Positions 39,195-53,600 of a DNA stretch of 64,000 bases are shown here, in pieces. Location of the stretch: the NCBI GenBank assembly GCA_964016885.1, contig OZ024743.1, positions 364,498,001 to 364,562,000 on the forward strand. Direction: 5' to 3'. Position numbers and translations under genes: made by a program. This DNA is from Eledone cirrhosa. Its lineage: Eukaryota. Below the pieces are notes generated by a model. The model worked only from the letters and a program-made list of their open reading frames with translations, searched no databases and had not been told where the DNA came from. The stretch's first letter is position 1. Each line of letters opens with the position of its first letter.

Positions 39195-42100
39195 TCATTC
39201 TAAAAATGCTACCCGTCATTTGGAAAGCAAAAAAAAACAAAAAAACCTAAGTTATAGCAGCCATGTATTCAATTTTTGTTCCTACTGTGGATGAGAGAAG
39301 TATATATATGATGATGGCGATGATGATAATGAGGAAATTACACACATCAAAATTTTGACGGGGAAGAAAATTAATGAAGCTTTTTTATACCTTGAACTGT
39401 CTAAACATAGAAGAATATGACCCAGGGATATTCATAAAAACACAGCGTGCTACAGACTTCTTTATCATGAAATGAAATGTGATGTGATGTGATGTTCAGC
39501 AAACTCTTAATCATTTTTTTTAAAGAAAACTGATAATTGATAATTAACAAATATAACACTATCGTAAAATTATATCTTCATTATTAAGGTCAAGCTTGAG
39601 TCTTGTTAATTTGGAGTTTCTCCTGTGTACTCACAGGATCATCAGATATTAACTGTTTTTAATAATTATGATTTATCATCCTTAATTTTCTTAATTCTAT
39701 GTTATGGGTCAGGTGCATTTATGTATTTTATCATTTGAAATGAACCCAAAGACAACTGCAGGCATAAGGATTACTAGGGTACATTTCTCATGTTTGGAGT
39801 GTCAAAATCCCTCAGAGAAACTTATGGGAAAGGAAACTCACAATTCATATGTAATTCAATAACTTAAAGTTTGTATATTTTTAGGCCTTAGGAAAACAGA
39901 ACCCCAGAATTAATACACAATTCAATGATTAAAGATTCAGAAATCCAACTATTGTACACTTTTTCAGGAATGCAACCAATATGAAAGTAGCGGACTGCCT
40001 GTACTGATATGGTCTCTGATGACTCATCCAACCTATGATGTTAAATCACAATGAAAATATATATATTGTATAATGAAAAGAAGCTAAGAGAAAATAACCT
40101 TTGAGAGCCAATGGCATGAATTTTGCCAACAAATTTGACTGACCATACATAATAAATTCTTAATTTATCAAAATTTCCTTTGCAAACAAAGAAGCTGTAG
40201 TTGTTGGCAACTCAGAATGAGACAGGGAGATGATTTCAAGAAATTAGGAATGAATTTCCCTTGAATTAACATGCTTGGGGAAAAGGTTATATATTGTCCT
40301 TTTTAAAGGCAATGGATAGCTGTGGATATGTAATTCTCCCATAATATGCATCATCAGTATGATACTGAGTTTTTTGCCTCCAAACGGGTATAAACATTTT
40401 GAAATATACAAAGAGTTGAGAACATTGTTGGTCAAGGGAAAGGAGCTTAGAAAAAATAACCCAAAAGTATGAATTTGAATAAAGTCAACAGCACTCAACT
40501 GATAGCTGATTACGATAAAAATCTTAATTAAAAATGTCCTTCACAAACAGAGAAGGTAAACTTAATTGTCAACTTTGAATGAGAAGGGGAGAAGTAGTAG
40601 TATGATAAACTACTAAAGCTGCAAATATGCACTGAAAAAGTACAATTACTGGATCAATTCTTGAAATTAAAATGATATTTACAGCTCACAGCTATGGAGT
40701 TGTCCACTTATGAAATATCTCAGAGGTTCCTTGGGTGTTTTAATGATAGAGCCCACAGTCATATCATGAAAACCAATGTCAACTGAAGCTCCATAGTGTA
40801 GGTGCTAAAGATGTTAGGTGTAGACTAGAATTCAATAAGGAATTTAGTGTATAGAGAGGTCTTCAGTCAAGTGACTTTTCATTCATTATATTCTTGGTCT
40901 TAAAAGTCTAGGATTAGTTTTTGGTAGCTTGTAGATGTTGATGACCTGGTTCTCAGCCTGGAAGCATGATTATAAAATTAAAAACCTTTAAAGGTCAACT
41001 TTGAAAAGACCAATGTGATAGTAACAGAAAGCATGAAATTACAATGTCATCTCGGAAGTGGCCTAGTTTAGTTATGTAGAAATTCAATATTTGGATGTGT
41101 TGGACTCATGAATTTGATTCCTAGACTGGGTGACGTGTTCTTGAGTAAGATGCTTTATTTCACATTACCTTTTCCTATCACTAAAGCACCTGAGAAACAT
41201 TTTTCATTTTTAATTCAATGCTATATAATTGGTGTAAGCAATGACTAGACAAAATAAAAGTAATTAATAGAATTATTCATAAGTTCATGAGTGCTAAGAT
41301 GACTTGTTATAGTTGATAGATTCTGTTATCTAGGCGAAATAATTAGTGCTGGGGGTGGATGTATTAAAAACATGCTTGTTAAAGTAAAGGATGATAGTAA
41401 TAGTTCAAGGAGCTATTGCCTAAGCAGCTGGACTATATAAATTTATATATATATATATGTTTCAAAACACAGAGAGAGAGAGAGAGTAAAATAACTGAGA
41501 ATGCAAAAATGTGAATATAAATTTACATATTTTTAGTATATCGACATGTAAACATGCGAAATATATGTATTTCCCTGTAAATTGAAATACATATATTTGG
41601 TATGTTTACATGTCTACACATTTATATAGTCTCAGTTACTTCTCATATATATATATATATATAAAATTATCATAACTCCCATCATGATTTAATGTCTATT
41701 TTCCCTACTAGCAAGGGTTGGATGGATCTTCAAAGATTGAGTCAGTACTGAAATTTCAGATGGGCTGAGGACTTTCATCTCATTTACATGCAGTCTCACA
41801 CTTTACCAAGTGCATTTTATTGTGACACTAGCACTATGGAGGTTGTTGAATCATGGACACAGCTGAAGGATTGTCCCACCCCTTGGTTTGGCAGGCTTTC
41901 TATGGCTGGAGAGCCTTCCTAAAAGCAACGAATTTACAGTGTACTGGGTACGTTTATCATGTAGATCACCAACACTTAGGAGGTTGTCATGTCTTTGACA
42001 TAGCTGAAGTGTCCTCCCAACCTTTGTTTGGCAAGCTTTTTATAGGTGAATGCTCATCTAATGACCAACCACTTTACAGTATGCATTGAGTGAATTTATC

Positions 42101-43244
42101 ATGCAGATCACAAACACCAGGGAGGTTGTCATGTCGTTGACACAACTGAAGGGTCCTCTAGAACCTTTGTTTGGCAAGCTTTCTACACATATATAAAAAA
42201 AAAAAAGCAACTCTTAATTTACGTATTAGAAATTGACTACACATTTTTACAAGTTCTTTTTATGATAACAAGCAGTACAATCTTTCAGTTATTAATCATT
42301 TTTGTTATTTATGTTCAGTATCAGTATTGTTATGAATCTGTCAGACTTATGAAACCTGTCTGGATTACACATGATGAATGTAACAGAGGTGTTACCATAT
42401 CATCATTATTTTACATCTACTTTCTATGCTGGCAAGGATTGGGTCAGGGAACCATGTCTTGCTCATACATTCTATCTTCTGGCATAGTTACTACAACCAG
42501 ATACCCTTCCTAATGCCAAATATCAGAATAAAAATTCAGACACAGGCATGGATATGCAGTTAAGAAGTTCATTTTGCAAGCAAGTAGTCTCAGGTTATAT
42601 CCTACACCATAGGACAAGCCAGAATCCTGCAAGGCATTTCGACTGATACTTTAGCATGATGCAAAAATGGTGAAGGTAAAAAACATATTTAAAACAGTGC
42701 GCTATATAAAATGGCTGGTGATAGGAAGGGCATTCAGACATAGAAAAGCTACAAATCAAAGAGTTAGGAAGACTCTTCAGCCGTGTCAAAAACATGACAA
42801 CCTCCCTAGTGTTGGTGATTTACATGATAAATATACCCTGTACACTGTAAAGTGGTTGGTGATAGGAAGGGCATTCAGCCATAGAAACTTGCCAAACAAA
42901 GGGTTAGAGGGATTCTTCAGTCATATCAAAGACATGACAACCTTCCTAGTGGTGGCACAATAAAATTAACTCAGTAAAGCATGGGAAAATGTGAGATGCA
43001 GACTCCAGGTTCATCTAAGATGTAAGTAGCTCTGCTTAAGTATGGATTCGGTTTGTGATGACCTATTCGACCCTTGCTAGCAGGTAAGACAGATGTTAAA
43101 TGATGATGATGATAAAATCTTTCAAAATAAATTGGTTAGCTACATTAACATATATAGTAATAAGTGATGTTGGTATAGATTGACCAACACATACAGTATA
43201 AGTGATACAAGTACAGCTAGACTAACAGATGTAGTAAACTAAGT

Positions 43245-43392
43245 AATGGTTTCTGATTTAGGCACAAGGCCAACAATTTTGGGGAGGGAAAAGTTGATTA
43301 AATCGACCCTAGTGTGTTACTGGTACTTTATTTTATCGACCCTGTAAGGATGAAAGGCAAAGCTAACCTTGATGGGATTTGAACTCAGAACC
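43245..43392 (-). mobile_element. Nin-domain SINE fragment (related subfamily)
   Basis: ctggtactttattttatcgaccctgtaaggatgaaaggcaaag...gatttgaactc. Confidence 0.75.
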
Positions 43393-43751
43393 GCAACTCC
43401 ATACTAAGTAATATTACTTTATCAATTTGATAAAGGTGTTCTAAATATATATGTGAAGGAGTAACGAAAAATGCAAGCCTGTAATTTTTAACACCGCTAC
43501 TGCAGGTTTTGACCATACATACAGCGCCTTACTGGCAAGTTGTTGTTACAGCTCACACCTATGTAAGCTTAACTGGCCTCCTAAGAAGCCGTATCTCATG
43601 GAAGATTTCTAGGGTGTTTTAATGATAGAAGTTCCAGTCTTATGAAAAGGAATGTGAAACAAACTATCTTGCTCAAGAACACAATGCCCTGTCTGGTCCA
43701 GGAATTAAAACTACAACCTTATGATCGAAAGTTGAATACCCTAACCACTAG

Positions 43752-44764
43752 CGGGATCTCAGGAAGCTTAATTAAGAATGTAGGATTCACATGCAGCAGC
43801 TGTGCTGAAACAGCAAGCAAACAGCCACAGGAAACAAGTACCACCAATCTCTGGGAGGGCCCTGTAGAAACAGTAGACAGCTTCTGCTACCTAGGTGACC
43901 GAATTAGCAACGGAGGTGGGTGCTCAGAAAGTACAATAACTAGGGTAAGAACGGGATGGAAGAAGTTTAGGGAACTACTACCACTGCTAGCTGCAAAAGG
44001 CTTCTCCCTCAGAATGAAAGGCAGACTGTATGATGCGTGTATCCGAACAGCGATGTTGCATGGTAGTGAGACCTGGGCGCTGAAGGTGGAAGACTTACGT
44101 AGATTAGAGAGAAACGAAGCCTGCATGCTCCGATGGATGTGTAACAGTAATATACGTGAACGACAAAGCATAAATGAATTGAGAGAGAGACTGAGCATAA
44201 GAGGAATCAAATGCTGCGTGCAGGAGAGGCGGTTACGCTGGTATGGACATGTGATGCGTATGAAGGATGACAGCTGCATAAAAAGGTGCAGAGCACTAGA
44301 AGTTGATGGAAACCGCGGAGTGGGGAGACCCAAGATGACTTGGGATGAGGTGATAAGAGCCGACCTTACCCAACTACACCTCTCAAAGTCAATGACACAC
44401 GACCGTGACTTCTGGCGTCACGCAGTAATACAGGGTACCCGACCTCCCATGGGTACATGCTGAAGCATATAAACAATATGCCCCCCCCCCCCACCGCAAG
44501 GTGGTCGTGGAGGTGCCACGGCAAAAAAGCACCCAGCCCACACTGTAAAGTGGACGTGTAGGCGCCACGAAAAAGCACCCAGCACTCACTGTAAATGAGG
44601 TTGGTGTTAGGAAGGGCATCCAGCTGTAGAAATCAAGCCAGATCAGTTCCTGTATGAGCAAGGCATGGTCAGCCGACCAGACACTGCCCACAACAGGACA
44701 ACCCGTCTAACCCATGCTAGCGTGGAAGAACGGACGTAAAACGGTGATGATGATGATGATGATG
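43752..44764 (+). mobile_element. 5'-truncated RTE LINE inserted into the head of an antisense SINE
   Basis: SFCYLGD...HGSETW...RRLRWYGHVMRM and a (GAT)n tail. ACTAG is duplicated at 43747 and 44765; removing the insert restores taaccactaggccat. Confidence 0.9.
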
Positions 44765-47700
44765 ACTAGGCCATTCTACTGTTGTGTGGATACAACTACT
44801 ATGGGTGGTAATCTGATACCTTATGAAGTAGACCACCTGCAGATCTTTATAAACTGTTATCAATGCTAGTAAACTACTCCTAAGTTACATATTTCTTCAA
44901 CATCTTTTTTTTTTCTCATTTAGTCAAGAGAAAGGGCGCTATCACAAAACTGTAGAAATATACCAAATGCCTGTAGCATAATGAGGTACCCAAGGGACAA
45001 TCAATGCATTCAATTTCTCACATAGGCTACACTGAGATTTGATCCCAGAATGCAATGTGTCAGAACAAATACTGCCAGCCCACTGCCATAGGCTTACTTT
45101 AGCAATCCAGAAGGATGAAAAGCAAAGTTGACTATGGTATTTGAACTCAGAATTCAATGACCTAGAATAAATTACTAGGCATTTCATCGGATACTCTAAT
45201 GCATCAGTCAATAAGTTATTATGAGCATGAATTTGAATTTATACATGGCATTTTAACTTTTCTATAATATGCTAACATGCTATCTTAAAAATAACATTAG
45301 CACATGTATGTAGTTTTCACAGTCTGAAAATATATGGCAGTACCTCTTGTCCATTAGAAGTTTGAAATTGTATTTTGGAGTTGCTTGAAATCTTTTCCTT
45401 TAACTACTTTACATCACATTTTGAACATTTAGAATCATTCATATTTTTAGAGATAGAGAGTGAAACAGAGAAATATGAAAAATGTTCATAGGAATAATCT
45501 ATTGTCCTATGTCTAAATAAAAGAATAGTTACAGCTGGTATGCTTTGGATCAGAGGCCTCTGAGATTAGGGCTAAATATCAAGAGTATTCTTTTTTATAC
45601 AGAAAATATATTATGTAATGCACTTTCTATGTCATCATAAATATGATGGTGACATGAGAGAGCTACTGCAAATGGATAGGATCAAGTCCAGTATAATCCA
45701 CTGAATTGGATGGTTCACAAAAGATGGATATTGTTAACTTCAATTGACAGAAGCTAAATCAAAATCACTATAAAATGCACCCAGTACACTCTGGAAAGTG
45801 ATAGTGCTGGTGCCAAGTTAAAATGCATCCAATACATTCTCTTTAAAAGTGGTTGATATTAGGAAGAGCATCTTGCAGTAGGAACCATGCCAAATATGAA
45901 AAGTAAGTGTCAAGACATGGTTCCCTAACCACTCTAATCTAATCTCAGACCATAATAACCTATCCAATCCATGTCAGCATGGAAAACAGATGTTAAAATG
46001 ATCATGACAGTAGATAATGGTAGCTAAGCCCAAGAAAAACTGAAGGTCAATGGTGAAATCTGAAAATATAGACACTTATGGTGAAATAAGGTTGTTTAAC
46101 ATAGTTATGCCAGAAGGGAAAAAGGATGACGAAAGGGAAATAATACTATTATTCTTAAAATCTCAATTTTGATGGAGTTATATACTAAAATAAAAATTAG
46201 AAAGAAAAGGAAATAAATTGAACTTAAGATGTTTTTAAGCTGTAAATCTATTTCATTGTTATCTTGAAATATTAATGTCTGCCTGGAGGATAGAGGCTCA
46301 TAGATCAGAGGTTATTCCTGTTTCATCATGGGTTAAGTGACAGAGTACAAAACATCCCTTGGACAGGATGCCAGTTCATTCTATAATCAATCCCCACCTG
46401 CTGCTACAGCTACTTGCTTTTTCATGAGTGAACAACAACAATATGAAATAAAGTTTTTTGCTCAGATATAGCATTTTGCCTAGTGATGGAATCCATGACT
46501 TTATGATTGTGCACCCAAACTATTAAAATATTCATCACAACTAATTGAATAAAAGCAACTGAGAATATTTTAAAACAAAAATAGGAGGAAAATAAAAATA
46601 AAACAAGTAATAAGGGTTCTCAACACCCAACAGCAAATACTCTTTCTGTGTCCCTGCCTAAATTAAGAAGGATGATAGGTCAGAGGCAATTTTGCACTCC
46701 ATTAAACCTATGCTTATGGTGTAAACACATTTCAATGTTAGTTATGTGTACGAAGATCGTCAGTTGATCATTGGAATTAAAAAAAATGTACTTAGAACTA
46801 ATTTTATGCTTGAAAACCATGTACAGGGTTTATCCCTTCTGGGTATATGCACATGTGTAGAGAGTGGTTACATAATAATGATTAGCACCTGGGAAGATTG
46901 CTTTCAAGAATTAACAATAAAAAATTAAATCTTTTATAATGAAAATGTTGATGTTAACAGTAGTGAAAATACAATAAATAGTGCATACAAATGTGGCTGT
47001 TTACCAATTAAGGTCAACCCCTATCTTCCTGAGAATAAATAAAATATTTATGTCTGTCCCTAAATGATATTGTATATCAGAGATATGATTACAATTAAAC
47101 AAGGCAAGCCAATTGATATTTGCAGTCATGCCCAGCTAGTAGTCTTTCATGTTGTCTAGGCCTCAAAGTTTAGGTAACACAAAACAGAAATACACTTATT
47201 AAGAACCATCCATCATCACATTCTAGCATAACAAACAAATCAAAATATTCCTCAGCTAGCTTAATTGCACCCAATTTCATTTTAGCAAATAAGCTTAGCA
47301 TGTTGAAGTATAAACAAACAAAACTAGATTAATTTTGTTTGATTTTCTGAGATAGATATATTCAGATTAGTATCATTATCTTGGTTGTTATAATCACACA
47401 GTTTTAACTGTTGTATCATCCAGCTTTTTTCAGGTGTGTACTGTATTCAAAATGCAAAGAACATTACCATATGACATGTACCTAAAGAAGACTAGAGCGT
47501 ATAACAACAACAGGAAGAAGACTGGAGCGTATAAGAACAACAGGATTTAATATTAAATTTAATCATCAATAATTGAGTAATGGCACATCAATATCGGACC
47601 TAAAAACAAAACAAAAAAAACTAATATATTTTATCATGTTTTTGATTCTGGGGTAATAGTATTGCCAATTTCACTATGGATCTCACTCCCAGGAAATTAG

Positions 47701-49289
47701 TTCTCAGGTGGCTGACTGGTAGATAACATTCTGACAGGGAAATAAGAAGTGGTATAAACTGCATGTGCCATAGTTTAAGCTGTTGTAAGATGACAACTGG
47801 CAATCTATAAAATGAAGTTTAAGCTTGAAGTTGGTGCTGTGATAAAGTAAATAAGACTGTCTAAATTAGTGCTTCTTAATCGTGTTTTACTCCATCATGA
47901 CACCTCAAGAAATTTGATGCCCCTTTCAGTATAAAAAACACATTTGGTTAAAAAGACATATGTAATATTTAATAAATTTGTAGTTTTGTCTGGCATGTAC
48001 CCCAAGTTCAGAATCACTGGCCTAAGCCCTCTAATCTCACATCATGATGTATCAATAGATTATACACAATGAAAAAACCCACCAGTAATTAGTGAATATA
48101 TATCTGAGCATGTAGCCTAGGGGTTATGGAGTTGCACTCATGGCCATATAGTCATGGGTTCAATTCCTAGACTGAGTGATATGAGCAAAAAGTTTCATTT
48201 TATGTTGCTTTTTTATGATAGGACTGAGGCTCCTATCATTAAAACACCAAAGAAACATTATAGACGGCCAGCTAAACCTGCATAGATGTGAGCTGTAAAT
48301 TTTATTTCATTTTTTTTATGAATCAAGAAAACAAAATCTACCCATTTGCAAGTCATAGGCAGAAGTTCTAAAAATTGATGATAATACAATTGGTACTCCT
48401 TGAAATCTTTCTCTGATACTTATTTGATTAAGACACCAGTCACTTTGACACTGTGTCATCATAGCAACAATGTAATTAGATGTTTCATGAGCAGATAGCT
48501 TGCCTAACAAGAGCTGCTATTAATTTATATCATATCTTATTCTCAAATAGCTGAACACTTAAAAAAACAACCTAAAAGCTCCTTTAAAATTTTGCTCAAG
48601 TGATTGAACAAATTAAACTCAAAACAAGAAATCTGCAGAAATTTAATGATGGACTACATCAGAAAAAATACAGTGAATAAAGCACAATCCTATTTTATAT
48701 ATTTAGACTATTGTTATGAAGATAAAAGGAATCTCTCCAGTAAAAGGTTTGAGGCATACCCCTTACTGAAAAGTGATCAGCATCCTAACAAAACTTTATA
48801 TCATTTTATGTTTGCTTTCCATACTGGTATTGGTTGGATGGGTTGTTATGGTCTGAGTCAGTTCTTATTTAGAGTTATAGCCCTCTTTGAGGAGTTACAG
48901 GAACAACTCATTTGTATGTTCCAATTTTAGCATGCTTGCTCTGGATAGATGTCTTTTCTAACACCACCACTCTACAGAGTGTGCAGTGGCCATTTTATCA
49001 CACTAGGCAGGTTGTCAAGTCCTCAACATGAATAAAGAGTCCTCTCTACCCAATATTGTCTGTTTGTCAACCTCTATAGTGTGTACTGTGGTGCATTTTA
49101 TCATGGCACTAACACTAGAAAAAACATTTACAGCTCACACACATATATAGGTTTCTCGGATTTTTAAATGATAGTGACCTTAGTCCTATCATGAAAAGCA
49201 GTGAAATCGAACAACATTATTATTATTGTGACTGCAATACTTTAACTACTAGGCCACATGCTGTCACAATCAACAATGGAATAAGAACT

Positions 49290-50010
49290 GAACATACTTT
49301 CAATCAGATCTGCAAGTTATCATTCAGTTGGTCAGAAAAAACAATAAGCTACTAAATGAGGAAACATTTGAGCTAATCCTCGTTAGAAAGGGGGATGCAC
49401 TTAAACAGCAATAGTCTCTTCCTTCAAGAGAAACCTCATGGCAACAAATAATATACCTGAGGGTAACTATCAATAACAACCTAAGCAGGATCATCCACAT
49501 CAACAAGAAAGTTGACTTGGTCAACAGGATTTGCTCTTAGATCCTTAAAAATCCAGATACCATTATCCTTCTCTTCTATACCTTTGTTCAGCCTACCTTG
49601 AATACTGTTTCCTGGTGTGGTCTACCCACATAAAACAAAGTATTTTGAGAAATGAAGCACCCCAGACACCAATTGCAAAAAAAAAAAAAAAAAAAAAAGA
49701 TAAATCTTATGATCAGTTCAAACTCTTCTATCCAATGCTGCTGAGCTCTACATTTATATGATGAGGAAAATATTCCATCAATATTGCCCAAATGATACTG
49801 GCATAAGTTTTAAAAGTCACTGACACCCTGCTACATGTCCCCTACAAGAATTGAGCTTGCATCACAAGAGAACTATTTCACTTCAACATCATACCAACAA
49901 ATCAAGGAAGAAAAAGATCCCATAACCTTCAAACGGTACATCGACATATTACTTCAAAAACTACCAGATATATTACATACACTCAAATGTTTCAGTCAAC
50001 AACTCCCTAC
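49290..50010 (+). mobile_element. Degenerate CR1/L2-like LINE 3' region
   Basis: Frameshifted fragments resembling GVTINNNLS, YTFVQP.LEYC..VWS and FK..D.LLQKLPD. Confidence 0.55.
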
Positions 50011-50633
50011 TTGAGAGGGCTATGGTGACCTAAAGTATGATCTAAAACTTTGTAGTGAATGCATGAGCAAAGGCGTCACTTCCGCAAAAGTGTGACGTGC
50101 GTGAATACTTAAACCGAACAGTTTAGTTGCTGCTAGTATTTCAGCCTGCCAAGACCTGTCTAGTGCTCCTATCGCCATCAGCAACTCAGGACATTATTTT
50201 TACTAGCAGAAAACCACCCTCAGGGTGGTTTTCTGCTAGCATGTGTAGTGTGCATATTGATATTATACAAAAATATATATGCATTTAGATACGATACATC
50301 AAATAAAATCGTAATTGAGAATATGCACATAAATTGAAGAGAGACTGTGACACTCTTCTGCAATCAGTAAAGTAATCCATGATACATTTAAAAAAGATGA
50401 TATTATATATAAACTGCATTAAGAGAAAATTAGCGACGGAAATATATGAACGTTTTTATAAGCGATGTAATAAGTTTTATAATATAATGGGCACTAACCG
50501 GAAGTGTTGACATTTGGAAATTTTAAAGAAGTGAATCTTGAAATAAGCAATAAAATTAATTATATTTAATCAAGAGTTATGAAATTTAGTACACAAATTA
50601 TGTAATATTCATTCATTATTTATTCAAAGTAAA

Positions 50634-53600
50634 GGCGGTGGATTGGCAGTATCGGTAGAGGGCGGTGGATTGGTAGTATCGGTAGAGGGCGGTGGATTGG
50701 TAGTATCGGTAGAGGGCGGTGGATTGGTAGTATCGGTAGAGGGCGGTGGATTGGTAGTATCGGTAGAGGGCGGTGGATTGGTAGTATCGGTAGAGGGCGG
50801 TGGATTGGTAGTATCGGTAGAGGGCGGTGGATTGGTAGTATCGGCAGTATCGGTAGAGGGCGGTGGATTGGTAGTATCGGTAGAGGGCGGTGGATTGGTA
50901 GTATCGGTAGAGGGCGGTGGATTGGTAGTATCGGTAGAGGGCGGTGGATTGGTAGTATCGGTAGAGGGCGGTGGATTGGTAGTATCGGTAGAGGGCGGTG
51001 GATTGGTAGTATCGGTAGAGGGCGGTGGATTGGTAGTATCGGTAGAGGGCAGTGGATTGGTAGTATCGGTAGAGGGCAGTGGATTGGTAGTATCGGTAGA
51101 GGGCAGTGGATTGGTAGTATCGGTAGAGGGCAGTGGATTGGTAGTATCGGTAGTATCGGTAGAGGGCGGTGGATTGGTAGTATCGGTAGAGGGCGGTGGA
51201 TTGGTAGTATCGGTAGAGGGCGGTGGATTGGTAGTATCGGTAGAGGGCGGTGGATTGGTAGAGGGCGGTGGATTGGTAGTATCGGTAGAGGGCGGTGGAT
51301 TGGTAGTATCGGTAGAGGGCGGTGGATTGGCAGTATCGGTAGAGGACGGTGGATTGGCAGTATCGGTAGAGGGCGGTGGATTGGTAGTATCGGTAGAGGG
51401 CGGTGGATTGGCAGTATCGGTAGAGGGCGGTGGATTGGTAGTATCGGTAGAGGGCGGTGGATTGGTAGAGGGCGGTGGATTGGTAGTATCGGTAGAGGGC
51501 GGTGGATTGGTAGTATCGGTAGAGGGCGGTGGATTGGCAGTATCGGTAGAGGTCGGTGGATTGGCAGTATCGGTAGAGGGCGGTGGATTGGCAGTATCGG
51601 TAGAGGGCGGTGGATTGGTAGTATCGGTAGAGGGCGGTGGATTGGTAGTATCGGTAGAGGGCGGTGGATTGGTAGTATCGGTAGAGGGCGGTTGATTGGT
51701 AGTATCGGTAGAGGGCGGTGGATTGGTAGTATCGGTAGAGGGCGGTGGATTGGTAGTATCGGTAGAGGGCGGTGGATTGGTAGTATCGGTAGAGGGCGGT
51801 GGATTGGTAGTATCGGTAGAGGGCGGTGGATTGGTAGTATCGGTAGAGGGCGGTGGATTGGTAGTATCGGCAGTATCGGTAGAGGGAGGTGGATTGGTAG
51901 TATCGGTAGAGGGCGGTGGATTGGTAGTATCGGTAGAGGGCGGTGGATTGGTAGTATCGGTAGAGGGCGGTGGATTGGTAGTATCGGTAGAGGGCGGTGG
52001 ATTGGTAGTATCGGTAGAGGGCAGTGGATTGGTAGTATCGGTAGAGGGCAGTGGATTGGTAGTATCGGTAGAGGGCGGTGGATTGGTAGTATCGGTAGAG
52101 GGCGGTGGATTGGTAGTATCGGCAGTATCGGTAGAGGGCGGTGGATTGGTAGTATCGGTAGAGGGCGGTGGATTGGTAGTATTGGTAGAGGGCGGTGGAT
52201 TGGTAGTATCGGTAGAGGGCGGTGGATTGGTAGTATCGGTAGAAGGCGGTGGATTGGTAGTATCGGTAGAGGGCGGTGGATTGGTAGTATCGGTAGAGGG
52301 CGGTGGATTGGTAGTATCGGTAGAAGGCGGTGGATTGGTAGTATCGGTAGAGGGCGGTGGATTGGTAGTATCGGTAGAAGGCGGTGGATTGGTAGTATCG
52401 GCAGTATCGATAGAGGGCGGTGGATTGGTAGTATCGGTAGAGGGCGGTGGATTGGTAGTATCGGTAGAGGGCGGTGGATTGGTAGTATCGGTAGAGGGCG
52501 GTGGATTGGTAGTATCGGCAGTATCGGTAGAGGGCGGTGGATTGGTAGTATCGGTAGAAGGCGGTGGATTGGTAGTATCGGTAGAGGGCGGTGGATTGGT
52601 AGTATCGGTAGAGGGCGGTGGATTGGTAGTATTGGTAGAGGGCGGTGGATTGGTAGTATCGGTAGAGGGCGGTGGATTGGTAGTATCGGTAGAAGGCGGT
52701 GGATTGGTAGTATCGGTAGAGGGCGGTGGATTGGTAGTATCGGTAGAGGGCGGTGGATTGGTAGTATCGGTAGAAGGCGGTGGATTGGTAGTATCGGTAG
52801 AGGGCGGTGGATTGGTAGTATCGGTAGAAGGCGGTGGATTGGTAGTATCGGCAGTATCGATAGAGGGCGGTGGATTGGTAGTATCGGTAGAGGGCGGTGG
52901 ATTGGTAGTATCGGTAGAGGGCGGTGGATTGGTAGTATCGGTAGAGGGCGGTGGATTGGTAGTATCGGCAGTATCGGTAGAGGGCGGTGGATTGGTAGTA
53001 TCGGTAGAAGGCGGTGGATTGGTAGTATCGGTAGAGGGCGGTGGATTGGTAGTATCGGTAGAGGGTGGTGGATTGGTAGTATCGGTAGAGGGCGGTGGAT
53101 TGGTAGTATCGGTAGAGGGCGGTGGATTGGTAGTATCGGTAGAAGGCGGTGGATTGGTAGTATCGGTAGAGGGCGGTGGATTGGTAGTATCGGTAGAGGG
53201 CAGTGGATTGGTAGTATCGGTAGAGGGAGGTGGATTGGTAGTATCGGTAGAAGGCGGTGGATTGGTAGTATCGGTAGAGGGAGGTGGATTGGTAGTATCG
53301 GCAGTATCGGTAGAGGGCGGTGGATTGGTAGTATCGGTAGAAGGCGGTGGATTGGTAGTATCGGTAGAGGGAGGTGGATTGGTAGTATCGGTAGAGGGCG
53401 GTGGATTGGTAGTATCGGTAGAGGGCGGTGGATTGGTAGTATCGGTAGAGGGCAGTGGATTGGTAGTATCGGTAGAGGGCAGTGGATTGGTAGTATCGGT
53501 AGAGGGCAGTGGATTGGTAGTATCGGTAGAGGGCGGTGGATTGGTAGTATCGGTAGAGGGCGGTGGATTGGTAGTATCGGCAGTATCGGTAGAGGGCGGT

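Larger units (their letters stand above)
37021..40001 (+). mobile_element. Tigger/pogo DNA transposon relic
   Basis: TA|CAAGCAGCCCTCAAGTTTC and GAAAGTAGCGGACTGCCTG|TA degenerate TIRs (14/19 match). HTH ORF 37450-37737; QIFNVDESGLFWKMP and GDFKLKPILVY|HSKN motifs. Confidence 0.8.

Noticed and set aside
43642-44463. 273-aa ORF as a host gene
   Set aside because: It is a chance fusion of antisense SINE sequence to a 5'-truncated RTE.
47485-47545. 30-bp tandem duplication gaagact(a/g)gagcgtataa(c/g)aacaacag
   Set aside because: Only two copies; an ordinary local duplication.
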